Part shown: in pieces, positions 52,911-62,452 of the stretch | Numbering within the stretch: position 1 is the stretch's first letter | How the letters are laid out: the number at the start of each line of letters is the position of its first letter | Source of the DNA: Candidatus Poribacteria bacterium | GTDB taxonomy: Bacteria > Poribacteria > WGA-4E > JAJDTR01 | Assembly: GCA_028820655.1 (NCBI GenBank) | Contig: JAPPIK010000006.1 | Coordinates: forward strand, 183,427 to 247,426 | Direction: 5' to 3' | DNA: 64,000 nucleotides | Notes under the pieces: model-generated | Told to the model about the DNA's origin: nothing | Database searches by the model: none | The model's input: the letters and a program-made list of their open reading frames with translations, nothing else | Program-made: the position numbers and the translations under genes

Positions 52911-52950
52911 AGCCCCGTAACTCGGTAGAGTTACGGGGCTTTTTTGTTTT
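52911..52950 (+). terminator. Rho-independent terminator after rpsT
   Basis: agccccgtaac-N8-gttacggggct stem followed by TTTTTGTTTT. Confidence 0.8.
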
Positions 52951-53177
52951 GATTGAATGGGGGCGGGAGCGTCGCGATTCGGAGATCGCTCCTACCGCGG
53001 TCGTTATTCACCGGCTTGACTGTCGCGATTCGGAGAAGATCTCTATCGCAGTCATTATTCATTCCTTTGATCTCCTACGGTTGTAGATGCATGACAGAAA
53101 CCGGTTCATTGCGTGCGGGGCATTTCTATCGATCAACCGACCGGATATGGATGAATTTGACGAAGGTTAATGCGCGA

Positions 53178-53984
53178 TCAATTTTTCCATGAATTGTGCC
53201 AGACGAGAGTGTTCTGGATGTCGTCGTTCAGAAGATCGCCGATTTTGAGGGAGTTGAAGAGGTCTTCGGGCAGAACGTTGCGTTTGCCGTTAAAGGCGCA
53301 CCCATCGGGCATGAAGGCGCATGTCATAGCGCGGCGCGGGGCGAAGGTCATGTTGGCGCCCGCGGCGTGCGCCGTCAACCCGTTATGCCAGACGATCGAG
53401 CCGGCGGGACAGGGGACCGGTCGGGGCTCAATCCCCCGCCATTCCGGATAGATCGTGAAGAGTTCCGCAAGGTTTTCACCGATGTTGCAGTTCTCAAAAC
53501 GCGCCGTCAGGTGACTCCCCGGAAGGTACCACATACAGCCGTTGGCAAGCGTCGCGTCATCTAAAGCCACCCAGCAGGAGATCGCGTCGCGCGAATCGAA
53601 CGACCAGTAGGGAACATCAAGGTGCCATGCGGTCGGATTTCCGCAGGGCGGTTTGATAAGCGCTTGATCGTGCCAGATTCGAATTCCCTCGACTCCAGCC
53701 AGCGCCGCTCCAATCCGTCCGAGTCGCGGGTCATGGATTAGATCTCTTATGCCCGGGTGCGTATCGGCGAGTCGGAGACACTGTGTAAAGACCCGGGCAT
53801 AGAAATCATCGGGCCGCATTTGGTTCGTCATGAATTCAACGGAATTACCCAGCCGCTCCGCGACAGCCTCGTCGGTGCAACGGCGCCACGCCTCCAGTTC
53901 GTCACGGTCGAGGAATTTCTGAATCGCGACAAATCCGTTGGTTCGGTAGAATTCAATCTGTTGATTCGTTAGTCGGTGTTTCAT
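53178..53984 (-). CDS. Phytanoyl-CoA dioxygenase (PhyH)-family Fe(II)/2-oxoglutarate oxygenase
   Basis: Start MKHRLTNQQIEFYRTNGFV. WHLDVPYW (H-x-D) and WHNGLTAHAAGAN (distal His) motifs. Confidence 0.75.
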   Translation of the reverse strand: MKHRLTNQQIEFYRTNGFVAIQKFLDRDELEAWRRCTDEAVAERLGNSVEFMTNQMRPDDFYARVFTQCLRLADTHPGIRDLIHDPRLGRIGAALAGVEGIRIWHDQALIKPPCGNPTAWHLDVPYWSFDSRDAISCWVALDDATLANGCMWYLPGSHLTARFENCNIGENLAELFTIYPEWRGIEPRPVPCPAGSIVWHNGLTAHAAGANMTFAPRRAMTCAFMPDGCAFNGKRNVLPEDLFNSLKIGDLLNDDIQNTLVWHNSWKN

Positions 53985-53997
53985 TGCACCCCGCCTC

Positions 53998-54891
53998 TTA
54001 GACGAAGAACGGGTTTGACCATGCCTTCTTGCCTTCTTCGTCGACGATCTCCACGCGGACGTATTTCGCCGCACTCGGCACCGGGTATTCCGCCTCGGTC
54101 AAGCTTTCGCCTTCCGGAGCAACGATACGCCGCCCGATGCTGCATTGCGCTTTGAATATGATGGACTGGGCGGGGGAACATTTGACGGTGACCTTCTGAT
54201 CGCGAGCAGAATCGCCTACCAGATCGAGATCGACAATCTCCGGACCAAGCGTCGAATAGAAGGAGCCGGTGCGGAAGGCATCCATAATCGCATCGATTGT
54301 GAGTTCGGGGGCTTTCACCATGACCCAGGCGTGGAAGCAATCGTGTTCGGTGCCGTGCGCATCGTCGGCGGCAATACCGTAGACGGGGCCAATCCGATCT
54401 AGGACATCGTCCCATGCCTGTTCTGAGAACCCTTTGCCGATGCCTTGCATGCAGGTGTCGTTGTAGACTTCGACGGCAAAGTAACCATCAAGCTGTTCGT
54501 AGTCTCGGATGGTGTGTCCGCACCAGTACGGGTGGCAAAGCACCGCTTCTCCGCCTTGCGCTTTGATGTCGGCGATAACGTCGTTGGGATGAAGTTCGGC
54601 GCAGTTGATGCGTTCACGCAGGTTGATGCCCACGATGTGATACGTTGAGCCTCCGTACGGGTTGTCGGGATGAACTTCGCTGCCGGAAATAGCGAGGAAG
54701 TTCTCTCGGCTGTGGGATGACACGTCGTTGACTTTTCGGTGATCGGTGAGCACGAGGAAGTTGTATCCGGCTTCGCGGTAGGCGGCGAAGCGTTCGTCCA
54801 TCGGAATCCTGCCGTCGGATTCGGTGCTGTGACTGTGAGTGTTCCCTCGATACCATTGTCCGGGTTGTTTGAACGGGTTTAGATTCTCCAC
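53998..54891 (-). CDS. PHP-domain metal-dependent phosphoesterase
   Basis: WYRGNTHSHSTESDG (H-x-H), LTDHRK, HPYW and DDAHG motifs of the PHP family. Confidence 0.75.
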   Translation of the reverse strand: MENLNPFKQPGQWYRGNTHSHSTESDGRIPMDERFAAYREAGYNFLVLTDHRKVNDVSSHSRENFLAISGSEVHPDNPYGGSTYHIVGINLRERINCAELHPNDVIADIKAQGGEAVLCHPYWCGHTIRDYEQLDGYFAVEVYNDTCMQGIGKGFSEQAWDDVLDRIGPVYGIAADDAHGTEHDCFHAWVMVKAPELTIDAIMDAFRTGSFYSTLGPEIVDLDLVGDSARDQKVTVKCSPAQSIIFKAQCSIGRRIVAPEGESLTEAEYPVPSAAKYVRVEIVDEEGKKAWSNPFFV

Positions 54892-55184
54892 AGGGCGCCT
54901 CCTTGTTTGTGATGTAAATTCAATCCTAGCATACTAGGCAGGAAATTGGAAGGGGAAAAGAGAGGCAGTGGCCAGTGACGGTGGCCGTAAAAGGCAACGG
55001 TCGGGGAAGCAGTACACGAGGGGACGGGTCGGGGCAAAGGGAGCTATATCGCGCTCGCTATTCGCTTCCTTGATCACTCACTATCCGTTCGCTTGATTCC
55101 CTCCTACGTCTTGGTGGAAGGGAGTTCAATTAGGGTTACGGCATACGGCGTATGCCTACTACAGAGGTAGCATAGGATTTTGAT

Positions 55185-55214
55185 TTTGACAGGTTTGCGG
55201 GGGCGTGATATAAT
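55185..55214 (+). promoter_or_regulatory. Near-consensus sigma-70 promoter (TTGACA - 18 bp - TATAAT) upstream of the rhodanese-E1 gene
   Basis: Exact -35 and -10 hexamers. Lies 100 bp upstream of ATG 55313 and just after the gggttacggcatacggcgtatgcctacta element. Confidence 0.55.
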
Positions 55215-55312
55215 TGGAAATGGTTGGGTGGGCTGCGAAACGCGGCGTGCCGGGAGGGATGTTCAGGGGTTGTCTCGGATTGTGCCGCATGTTTTTGAGG
55301 GGAGTGAATTTT

Positions 55313-56512
55313 ATGAGGTCGTCTGCAGAGATTATTGAAGAGGTGAGACAGGAGATTCCGGAGGTTTCGGTTGACGAGGTGAAAGCGGAACAGGACCGGG
55401 GCGAGGATTTTGTGCTGCTCGATGTTCGCGACGATGACGAGCGCCGGGCGGGGTATATCCCGGGCGCGGTTCATGTGTCGCGGGGGATGCTTGAGCTTTC
55501 GATTGACGATTATGTAACTGACGCGGATCAGAAGATTATTCTTTACTGCGCGGGCGGAGTGCGTTCTCTGCTCGCCGCGAAGTCGCTGAAGGATATGGGT
55601 TACACGGACACGATCTCGATGGCGGGCGGATACAGGAGTTGGTTGACGGCGGGCTATCCCACGGAACAGGATAAGCCGATGACGCATGAGCAGTTGGACC
55701 GGTATAGCCGCCATTTCATGCTGCGTCAAATCGGGGAGGCGGGGCAGGCAAAGTTGCTGGAGTCGAAGGTGCTGCTTCTGGGCGCCGGGGGTCTGGGTTC
55801 GCCCGCGGCGGTGTATTTGGCGGCGGCGGGGGTCGGGACGCTCGGTGTGCTGGACTCCGATCTGGTCGAAATCAGTAATTTGCAGCGGCAGATCGCGCAT
55901 CGCACGGAGGCGATCGGCACGCCGAAGGTGCAATCGGCGACGACGACCATCAAGTCGTTGAACCCGGATGTCAAGGTGGTACCGCATCAGACGCGGTTGA
56001 AGGCGGAGAATGTGCTTGAGGTTTTTGAGGGGTATGACTTAATCGTTGACGGCTGCGACAATTTCCCGACGCGCTATCTTGTGAACGATGCCGCGGTGCT
56101 GACGAACAAGACGATTGTGCATGGCAGTATCTCGGAGTTCGAGGGGCAGGTGACGGTGCTCAAGCCTTATGACGGTCCGTGCTATCGCTGCTTGTATCCA
56201 GCACCGCCGCCTCCGGGGATGGTGCCGAGCTGAAGCGAGGCGGGTGTCCTGGGCGTGCTCCCGGGCGTGGTTGGAGTCATGATGGCAACGGAAGCAATTA
56301 AAATATTGGTGGGGATCGGCAGTCCGCTCATCGGTCGGTTGGTGCTGTATGATGCGTTGCGCATGCAGTTTCGCGAGTTGAAGTTGAGCCGGGATACGAG
56401 TTGCCCGGTTTGCGGGGATAAGCCGGAGGTGACGGGGTTGTTTGAGGATTATGACGCATGGTATGATGATTATTGGGTGAATGCGCCGGCGGGTCAAGAG
56501 GCTGCGGATTGA
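55313..56512 (+). CDS. Rhodanese-E1 (MoeB/ThiF/MoeZ-like adenylyltransferase) fusion with in-frame TGA (56231-56233) at the conserved E1 active-site Cys; predicted selenoprotein
   Basis: ATG 55313 with GAGGGGAG RBS. N-terminal rhodanese (YCAGGVRS C-x4-R loop). E1 domain LGAGGLGS Rossmann. Zn motifs CYRC and CPVC. ...CYRCLYPAPPPPGMVPS-[TGA]-SEAGVLGVLPGVVG aligns with MoeB ...TCVEAGV.... Downstream ORF 56255-56512 is in the same frame. Hairpin cctggg-cgtgct-cccggg sits 14 nt after the TGA. Confidence 0.65.
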
Positions 56513-56746
56513 GGTGTGCCCCGGAGGTTTAAAGGCAGTGGCCTGTGTTCAGTGGCTAGTGACCAGTAAAGGCGGGGAGTTGGGTTTCGCTAGAGTTGCG
56601 GTGTTTTCGAGTTACCTGAACCATCAAGAGATTTTATTGACGCGAGTTCTTTTGGAGTTCCGCTCAACCCAACCTACGGGCTGAAATTGCCCCTAAAAGG
56701 CACTAAAACATGGGTTTGAGTTCCAAAGTAGCAAAATGGTGAACCA

Positions 56747-56947
56747 ATGAAGAATGAAAAAGGTGAAAAGGATAAAGAAAAGCAGCCTAAACTTTTGTTT
56801 GAGAACATGAGTCAATCTTCCGGTTATGTGGATGAAGATTCCGATTTATACAATGACCCCGATATTGTTGCGAGTTTGAATCGGGCAAGAAAGCAGATGG
56901 AAAACGACGAGTGCATTCCCAGTAATAGAGTATTCAAGGATGTTTGA
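56747..56947 (+). CDS. Type II antitoxin (small acidic protein upstream of and overlapping the RelE/ParE toxin)
   Basis: 66 aa. Overlaps toxin start by 8 nt (ATGTTTGA). Confidence 0.5.
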   Translation: MKNEKGEKDKEKQPKLLFENMSQSSGYVDEDSDLYNDPDIVASLNRARKQMENDECIPSNRVFKDV

Positions 56948-57197
56948 CTCACAATTTACCAAAGATGCTCATGAGTATTTTAGAGATAAGTTGGATAATA
57001 ATATGAAAAATCGAGTCAAAACCGCTGTGTCACATATAGAAAATAACCCATACCGAGGTCCCAATATTAGGAAACTTGTAAACCGGGAAAACGAATACAG
57101 ATATAGAGTCGGCGATTATAGAATGGTATATCATGTCGACAAAACCAAACGAATGTGTACAATTTTAAGTATACTTCCACGGGGGCAGGTGTATTAA
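56940..57197 (+). CDS. RelE/ParE-superfamily type II toxin
   Basis: 85 aa. ...YRYRVGDYRMVYHVDKTKRMCTILSILPR matches RelE/ParE core (YRxRVGDYRxxY...V..I..R). Confidence 0.7.
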   Translation: MFDSQFTKDAHEYFRDKLDNNMKNRVKTAVSHIENNPYRGPNIRKLVNRENEYRYRVGDYRMVYHVDKTKRMCTILSILPRGQVY

Positions 57198-57564
57198 TCG
57201 ATCAAAATTGCCTATTCCAAGATTTTGGACATGCCCCACCGTTTTTGATCGAGATATGTTCACAAATTGCGGAGATTTGTAGCGATAAGGGTCAGTTTGC
57301 GCATCACATACACAATCTGACAGATTGTGCTGCGAAGATGGGCGACTCGGGTTAAAATAGGATATGCACGGTAGGGGCACGTAGTTGGGTGATGTTTCCC
57401 CCAGTGAAGTGTTGGGTTTCGCCGGAGTTTGGTGCTTTCGGGTAGCATGAAACATCGGGAGGTAATTTGGATGTCCGCTCAACCCAACCTACGGGCTGAT
57501 CGGGCGCGGGAACCGCGCCCCTACGAGGAATTAAATTTGAGATTGTTTTGGAAGGATATGTGAT

Positions 57565-57810
57565 ATGTTACCTTGCCCGGATTGTAATAATCCTTTGACG
57601 CAGTTTCCGGTTGAGCCGTCGGATGTGGATTTGATGAGTTGCGACAGTTGTCAGGTTGTGGTTCTTAACCGCGCGGGTCAGGATCTTGAACGGGTTGATG
57701 ATACGTCGTTCGGTGACTTGGTTGAAGCGTATGGCACGGAGTTTCCGATCGATGTCGATCCGAGTACGGTGACGCTGCCGGAGGAGGTCGAGGAGGCGCT
57801 CGAGGAGTAG
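57565..57810 (+). CDS. Small zinc-ribbon protein (CPDC...CDSC) with acidic tail
   Basis: Two CxxC pairs 23 residues apart. 81 aa. Confidence 0.4.
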   Translation: MLPCPDCNNPLTQFPVEPSDVDLMSCDSCQVVVLNRAGQDLERVDDTSFGDLVEAYGTEFPIDVDPSTVTLPEEVEEALEE

Positions 57811-58021
57811 TGGACGTCGGGGATTGGAATCCCCTCCTACAGGTGGTTGGAGGGCGAGGGAACCTCGCCCCTACGGTTGGGGGTGTGGAATCGGCAGGGA
57901 TTTCTATCAGGATTTGCTATCGTGCACACAATCCATTCGCTTGATTTATTCGCTCGGATTACGTTACAGCAGATGGTGGGCAGTGCCCACCCTACAGTTT
58001 TGTTTTGTTTGATGTGTTGAT

Positions 58022-58906
58022 GTGAAAGCATGGTATCGATTCAATCGATTCTTCCGCGAAAATTTCGATAACCGCGTTCTCATACTTCTTTTTCCCGCCC
58101 TGTTTTGGCTCGTCCTCTTTTTTCTCGTCCCCATCGCGTCGATTCTCATTTACAGTTTTGCCGAGCGCGGCACGTACGGCGGCGTTGACTGGACGCTCAC
58201 GCCAGGAAATTACCGACGGCTGCTGGATCCGCTCTATCTGGGCATCCTTTGGCGGTCGATCGTGACGGCGGCGGTTTCAACGGTTGTCTGCCTGATTCTT
58301 GGTTATCCCTTCGCTTACTACGTTGCGCGCTATCAGTATCGTTGGCGCACCGTCCTGCTTTTGCTTGTCGTTGTCCCCTTCTGGACAAATTTCCTGATTC
58401 GCACGTACGCGTGGATTGTGATTCTGCGGGCGGAAGGGGTATTGAACAAGCTCTTGGTTGCACTCTTCCCCGACATCACGCCGCCGGAATTGCTCTACAC
58501 GCCGGTTGCCGTGCATATCGGTCTCATCTACGGGTATCTGCCGTTCATGATTCTGCCCCTGTATGCGTCGCTGGAGCAGATTGACGGCGCACTGATCGAT
58601 GCGGCAAAGGATTTGGGCGCGAAACCTTGGCGGGCGTTTCTGAATGTGACGCTGCCGTTGAGCCTTCCGGGGGTCGTCGCCGGATCGGTGTTGGTGTTTA
58701 TCCCGACGGTCGGCGCATTTATCACGCCGGATTTGTTAGGCGGCGGAAAGGTCAATTATATCGGGAATGTTATCGCGCGCCAGTTCAAGACGGCGCGGGA
58801 TTGGCCGTTCGGCTCGGCGCTGTCGTTTCTTTTGATGGGGGTTGTGTTGGTTGGGACGGTGGTGTATTTTCGGTCGATGAGGGGTGAGAGAAGCAGTGGC
58901 CAGTGA
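58022..58906 (+). CDS. ABC transporter permease, PotB/spermidine-putrescine-like
   Basis: 6 TM helices. EAA-like motif region IDAAKDLGAKPWRAFLNVTLP. Confidence 0.8.
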   Translation: MKAWYRFNRFFRENFDNRVLILLFPALFWLVLFFLVPIASILIYSFAERGTYGGVDWTLTPGNYRRLLDPLYLGILWRSIVTAAVSTVVCLILGYPFAYYVARYQYRWRTVLLLLVVVPFWTNFLIRTYAWIVILRAEGVLNKLLVALFPDITPPELLYTPVAVHIGLIYGYLPFMILPLYASLEQIDGALIDAAKDLGAKPWRAFLNVTLPLSLPGVVAGSVLVFIPTVGAFITPDLLGGGKVNYIGNVIARQFKTARDWPFGSALSFLLMGVVLVGTVVYFRSMRGERSSGQ

Positions 58907-59191
58907 CCAGTGGTCAGTAGCCAGTGGAGGAAGGATGGAAGGGGGAATTGTCTGAATCACGGATTTTCACGGATTAAGCGGATTACACGGATTGAAGTCG
59001 GTTGAATAGAATTCGATGGGATTTCTATGGGAGCACTATTAGTCGCGGTGGCGTGATTTGGAGTAGGGTTGCGGCATAGGGAGTATGCTTACTACGGGGG
59101 AGATTTCGGCGTACGGTTGCTGGATTTGGCAACCTAGCAGGGGCGGTATTGTCGTAGAGATCTTTATTACGGGTTACGCATTACGTATTAG

Positions 59192-59971
59192 GTGTGGTTT
59201 ATGATAAAACGGGTATTGCAGTTGAATGTTATTCTTGTGTTGGCATTTCTGTACGCGCCGGTAATTGCGCTGGTGGTGTTTTCGTTCAACGCGGCGGAGC
59301 ATACGGCGGTTTGGGAGGGATTTACGTTTGACTGGTACGCCAAACTGCTGGGGAACCGGGATTTGTGGCGCGCGTGTCTCGTTAGTTTGATCGTGGCGGG
59401 GTTCTCGACTTTTATTGCGACAGTCATCGGTACCATGGCGGCGCTTGCTATCGAACGGTATCAATTTCCGCTGCGGAGTGTCTTCATGCAGGTCATTTTT
59501 CTGCCGATTATCGTTCCGGATATTGTCATGGGTATCGCGCTGCTCATGTTCTACGCTCAAGCGCACATCCCGCTGGGGATTGCCTCGATTATCATTGCGC
59601 ATGTGGCGTTCAATATCTCGTATGTCACTATCATCGTTCGAGCGAGGTTGCAGGGGTTTGACCGGTCTATGGAAGAAGCGGCGCTGGACTTAGGCGCCAA
59701 CGAGTGGAGAACGTTTCGGTCTATCACGTTGCCGCTGATTGCGCCGGGGGTGGTCGGCGGGGCTTTGTTGGCGTTCACGCTGTCCATCGACGATTTTGTG
59801 ATTTCGTTTTTCACGGCAGGGGTGGGCTATACCACGTTGCCGGTGCACATCTATTCCAAGTTGAAGTTCGGGATTACGCCGGAGATCAACGCGATTTCGA
59901 CGTTGCTGCTGTTTAATTCGATCGCGTTGGTGGTGTTGGCGATGAGGAAGGCAGTGGTCAGTGGCCGGTGA
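59192..59971 (+). CDS. ABC transporter permease, PotC-like
   Basis: 6 TM helices. EEAALDLGANEWRTFRSITLP EAA motif. Confidence 0.8.
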   Translation: MWFMIKRVLQLNVILVLAFLYAPVIALVVFSFNAAEHTAVWEGFTFDWYAKLLGNRDLWRACLVSLIVAGFSTFIATVIGTMAALAIERYQFPLRSVFMQVIFLPIIVPDIVMGIALLMFYAQAHIPLGIASIIIAHVAFNISYVTIIVRARLQGFDRSMEEAALDLGANEWRTFRSITLPLIAPGVVGGALLAFTLSIDDFVISFFTAGVGYTTLPVHIYSKLKFGITPEINAISTLLLFNSIALVVLAMRKAVVSGR

Positions 59972-60142
59972 CCAGTGGCCAGTAGAAGCAGTAGGAAGGC
60001 TGGAAGAAGGGAAGGGTGGAAAGGAGAAACGGGAAAACGAGAGAGTGGAAAAACGGGAGAGGGAAGAGGCAGTGGCTAGTGACCAGTAACCAGTGATTAG
60101 AGGGGAAGAGGGTTACGGCATACGGCGTATGCCTACTAATTT

Positions 60143-62398
60143 ATGGAACTGGATCGATATTCCACAATTACATTGGAGCAGGTTCGAGTGTTGGCGGAGA
60201 GGTTGGCGAAGGGTGAATTGCCGGTTGTCGACCGGCTTGAACCGGTCGCGGATTATGAGGAACTGAGTACCTTCGCCACCGAGAATCCTACGCCCGTATT
60301 CAGCCTGGATCGGGCCCCTATCTGGCGGCTGGAGTCGGTTGCGGCAAGGCTGGGCGAAGCGTTTGCCATCGCGTCGCATGAACCGCTGTCGAGGGAGGAT
60401 TGGGAGGGCTTGGCGAGGATAATCGTCGAGCATGCCGAATACCTGTACACCTATCACAACTCGGCGCAGAGACACAGCCGATTGGAAGCGGGCGCCGCGC
60501 TGGCTTTGGCGGGTTGCTGCTGCCGTTCGATTCCACAATCGGCGGCGTGGCGGTTCGCCGGGTTCGCGCGGATCGCGGAAGCGGCGGAGAGCACCGCTCC
60601 GTCCTATCTCGTCGAACTGGTCGATGCGGCGTTTGAAGCGGCGGTTGCGCTCAATCTTCCGATTTTGGATGAAGCTGTCAAGGCTTACAACGGCGCTTTC
60701 AATCGTGATCTGAAGTGGGAGAAACTCGAGCGTCTTGGTTTGACGGATACCGAATTTTTCGAAGAATTGGATTTGGACGGAGAGGGTCTGAAGGGCGTCA
60801 AAGCCGAATTGGCTCGCGGGAATGTCGAGGGAGCAGCGGCGGAGTACGAGGCGTTCTTGCGTCGAGAGGTAGGCAGCTCGGAGTTGCACCGTGCGTGGAG
60901 GGAGCACGACGGCTCGGAGGCACCGCGCTCCTTGGAATGCGGTTTCGGTTCCGCCATATCGTGCTTTGAACGGGCGCGGCGATTGTCGGCGCAGACGGAG
61001 AGTTGCGGCTCCGGTGTCACCGTTCAGGGGGTATCGGAAACGAGCGATACCGGAATTGCGGCTCTGGTTTATCCCGATTGGAGAGACAGCGATCAACTGC
61101 TCGCGCTCGCTGTGCGCCGCAGCAGTTGGATGCTTCACACGCGCTTTTTTCCGGACGGCTGTCATGTCCACGGTTCGACCCGTTCTCAGCATGAGGAGTT
61201 CACGCACCTCTGGCGTTTCTACCGGCTTGGAAAACTCGGCGGAGTGCAGTTCGCGCCGGAGTTTAAGTCGCAGATGGAGAGGGTGCTTGAGGCGTTCATT
61301 TACTTGAGCCAGCCGGACTTCACTCTGCCTGCCGTCGGAGATTGCGACCCGTCGGGAATCTATGCCGCGGAGGTTTGCTCCCGCGGTGTCGAGATATTTG
61401 ATCGCGGGGATTTGAGGTATATCGCGTCGGAGGGGAGGGAGGGCGAGCCGCCAACGGAGACCTCGCGCTCTTTTCCGTATGCAGGATACTGGGTCATGCG
61501 GGATTGTTGGCGTCCGGAAGCGCAGTATCTGCACTTCAAAGCGGGAGGAGGGCGGTCGCAGGAGGAAAAACTGAGTTTCCTACTGTACGCCCACGGGCGG
61601 CGGCTGATTGCCGCTCCGGGGATTGTGGGTCCCGGCAAGGGCGTTGGCATGAAGGAATCGGTGTATGTTCCTGATCCGGATGCGCGGTGGATGAGTACGC
61701 CGTCGTTTGATTTTGCGGAGGGTTGGTCTAAGGGAGGTTACGGCGATAATGACGCCATGCGCGGCCTCGTTCATAAGCGGTCGATTTTCTATGTCCGGGG
61801 AGAGTATTTTATCCTGCACGATTTGGTTCTTGGCGAGGGTGAGCATCGAATCGAGCAGGTTTTTCACCTCGCACGGGGGAACGACGACGGAGGAGCGGTC
61901 GAGCGCCCGGAGGGCGGGATTGTTCGGACGGACGATCCGAATTCGGGGAACCTCGTGATCGCGCCGGCGGATGCCGACGGTCTGGAGGTAACGCTCGAGG
62001 GCGGAGGAACTTCCCAGTGTGAGTTGGTTTACGCTATGGATCGCTCCCTCCCGACGCCTATGAATGTCTTGCTGTTTCCGTTGGCGCCGGGTGCGGAGGT
62101 GTCGCCGGAGATTCGTTTGCTGGAGGTTGCGGCGGATGCGGATGTGCTGGCGACGGGGTTCAGCATCGCGCACGGGGAGTTCACCGATTATGTGCTGATC
62201 TCGGATGACGGGTTCGCGGAGATGTGCACGTCGGAGTTGGAGTTTCGGGGTGAGTATGCTTTTTTGCGAGTGGATAGGGAGGGGCGACCGCTCTGGTGCG
62301 GGACGGTGCACGGGGAGTTTCTTGGATGGCGGGGAGAGACGGTGGTAGATTTGCCGGAGGCGCGGGAGAGCTATGTGGAGAGGAGGGAAAAGGGCTAA
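60143..62398 (+). CDS. Heparinase II/III-like (polysaccharide-lyase-like) family protein
   Basis: 751 aa. C-terminal block GGGRSQEEKLSFLLYAHGRRLIAAPG...GWSKGGYGDNDAMRGLVHKRSIFYVRGEYFIL resembles the Hepar_II_III domain. Confidence 0.55.
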   Translation: MELDRYSTITLEQVRVLAERLAKGELPVVDRLEPVADYEELSTFATENPTPVFSLDRAPIWRLESVAARLGEAFAIASHEPLSREDWEGLARIIVEHAEYLYTYHNSAQRHSRLEAGAALALAGCCCRSIPQSAAWRFAGFARIAEAAESTAPSYLVELVDAAFEAAVALNLPILDEAVKAYNGAFNRDLKWEKLERLGLTDTEFFEELDLDGEGLKGVKAELARGNVEGAAAEYEAFLRREVGSSELHRAWREHDGSEAPRSLECGFGSAISCFERARRLSAQTESCGSGVTVQGVSETSDTGIAALVYPDWRDSDQLLALAVRRSSWMLHTRFFPDGCHVHGSTRSQHEEFTHLWRFYRLGKLGGVQFAPEFKSQMERVLEAFIYLSQPDFTLPAVGDCDPSGIYAAEVCSRGVEIFDRGDLRYIASEGREGEPPTETSRSFPYAGYWVMRDCWRPEAQYLHFKAGGGRSQEEKLSFLLYAHGRRLIAAPGIVGPGKGVGMKESVYVPDPDARWMSTPSFDFAEGWSKGGYGDNDAMRGLVHKRSIFYVRGEYFILHDLVLGEGEHRIEQVFHLARGNDDGGAVERPEGGIVRTDDPNSGNLVIAPADADGLEVTLEGGGTSQCELVYAMDRSLPTPMNVLLFPLAPGAEVSPEIRLLEVAADADVLATGFSIAHGEFTDYVLISDDGFAEMCTSELEFRGEYAFLRVDREGRPLWCGTVHGEFLGWRGETVVDLPEARESYVERREKG

Positions 62399-62452
62399 TG
62401 GCAATCGCTTGACGCCCCCCTACCAATATGTTATTATTCCCAATGATAGTGT

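Noticed and set aside
55136-55987. 283-aa ORF on the minus strand overlapping the rhodanese-E1 gene; similar long antisense ORFs at 60113-61534, 61580-62404 and 63228-63911
   Set aside because: They lie antisense to genes with strong domain evidence in high-GC sequence and have Arg/Pro-rich low-complexity translations typical of spurious GC-rich ORFs.
38041-56233. Alternative genetic code (UGA = Trp or Gly) as the explanation for in-frame TGAs
   Set aside because: TGA terminates many well-supported genes here, for example the nuoJ/nuoK ATGA overlap and the nuoK, nuoM and PhyH ends. The three in-frame TGAs fall specifically on conserved Cys positions with downstream hairpins, which fits Sec recoding rather than a global reassignment.
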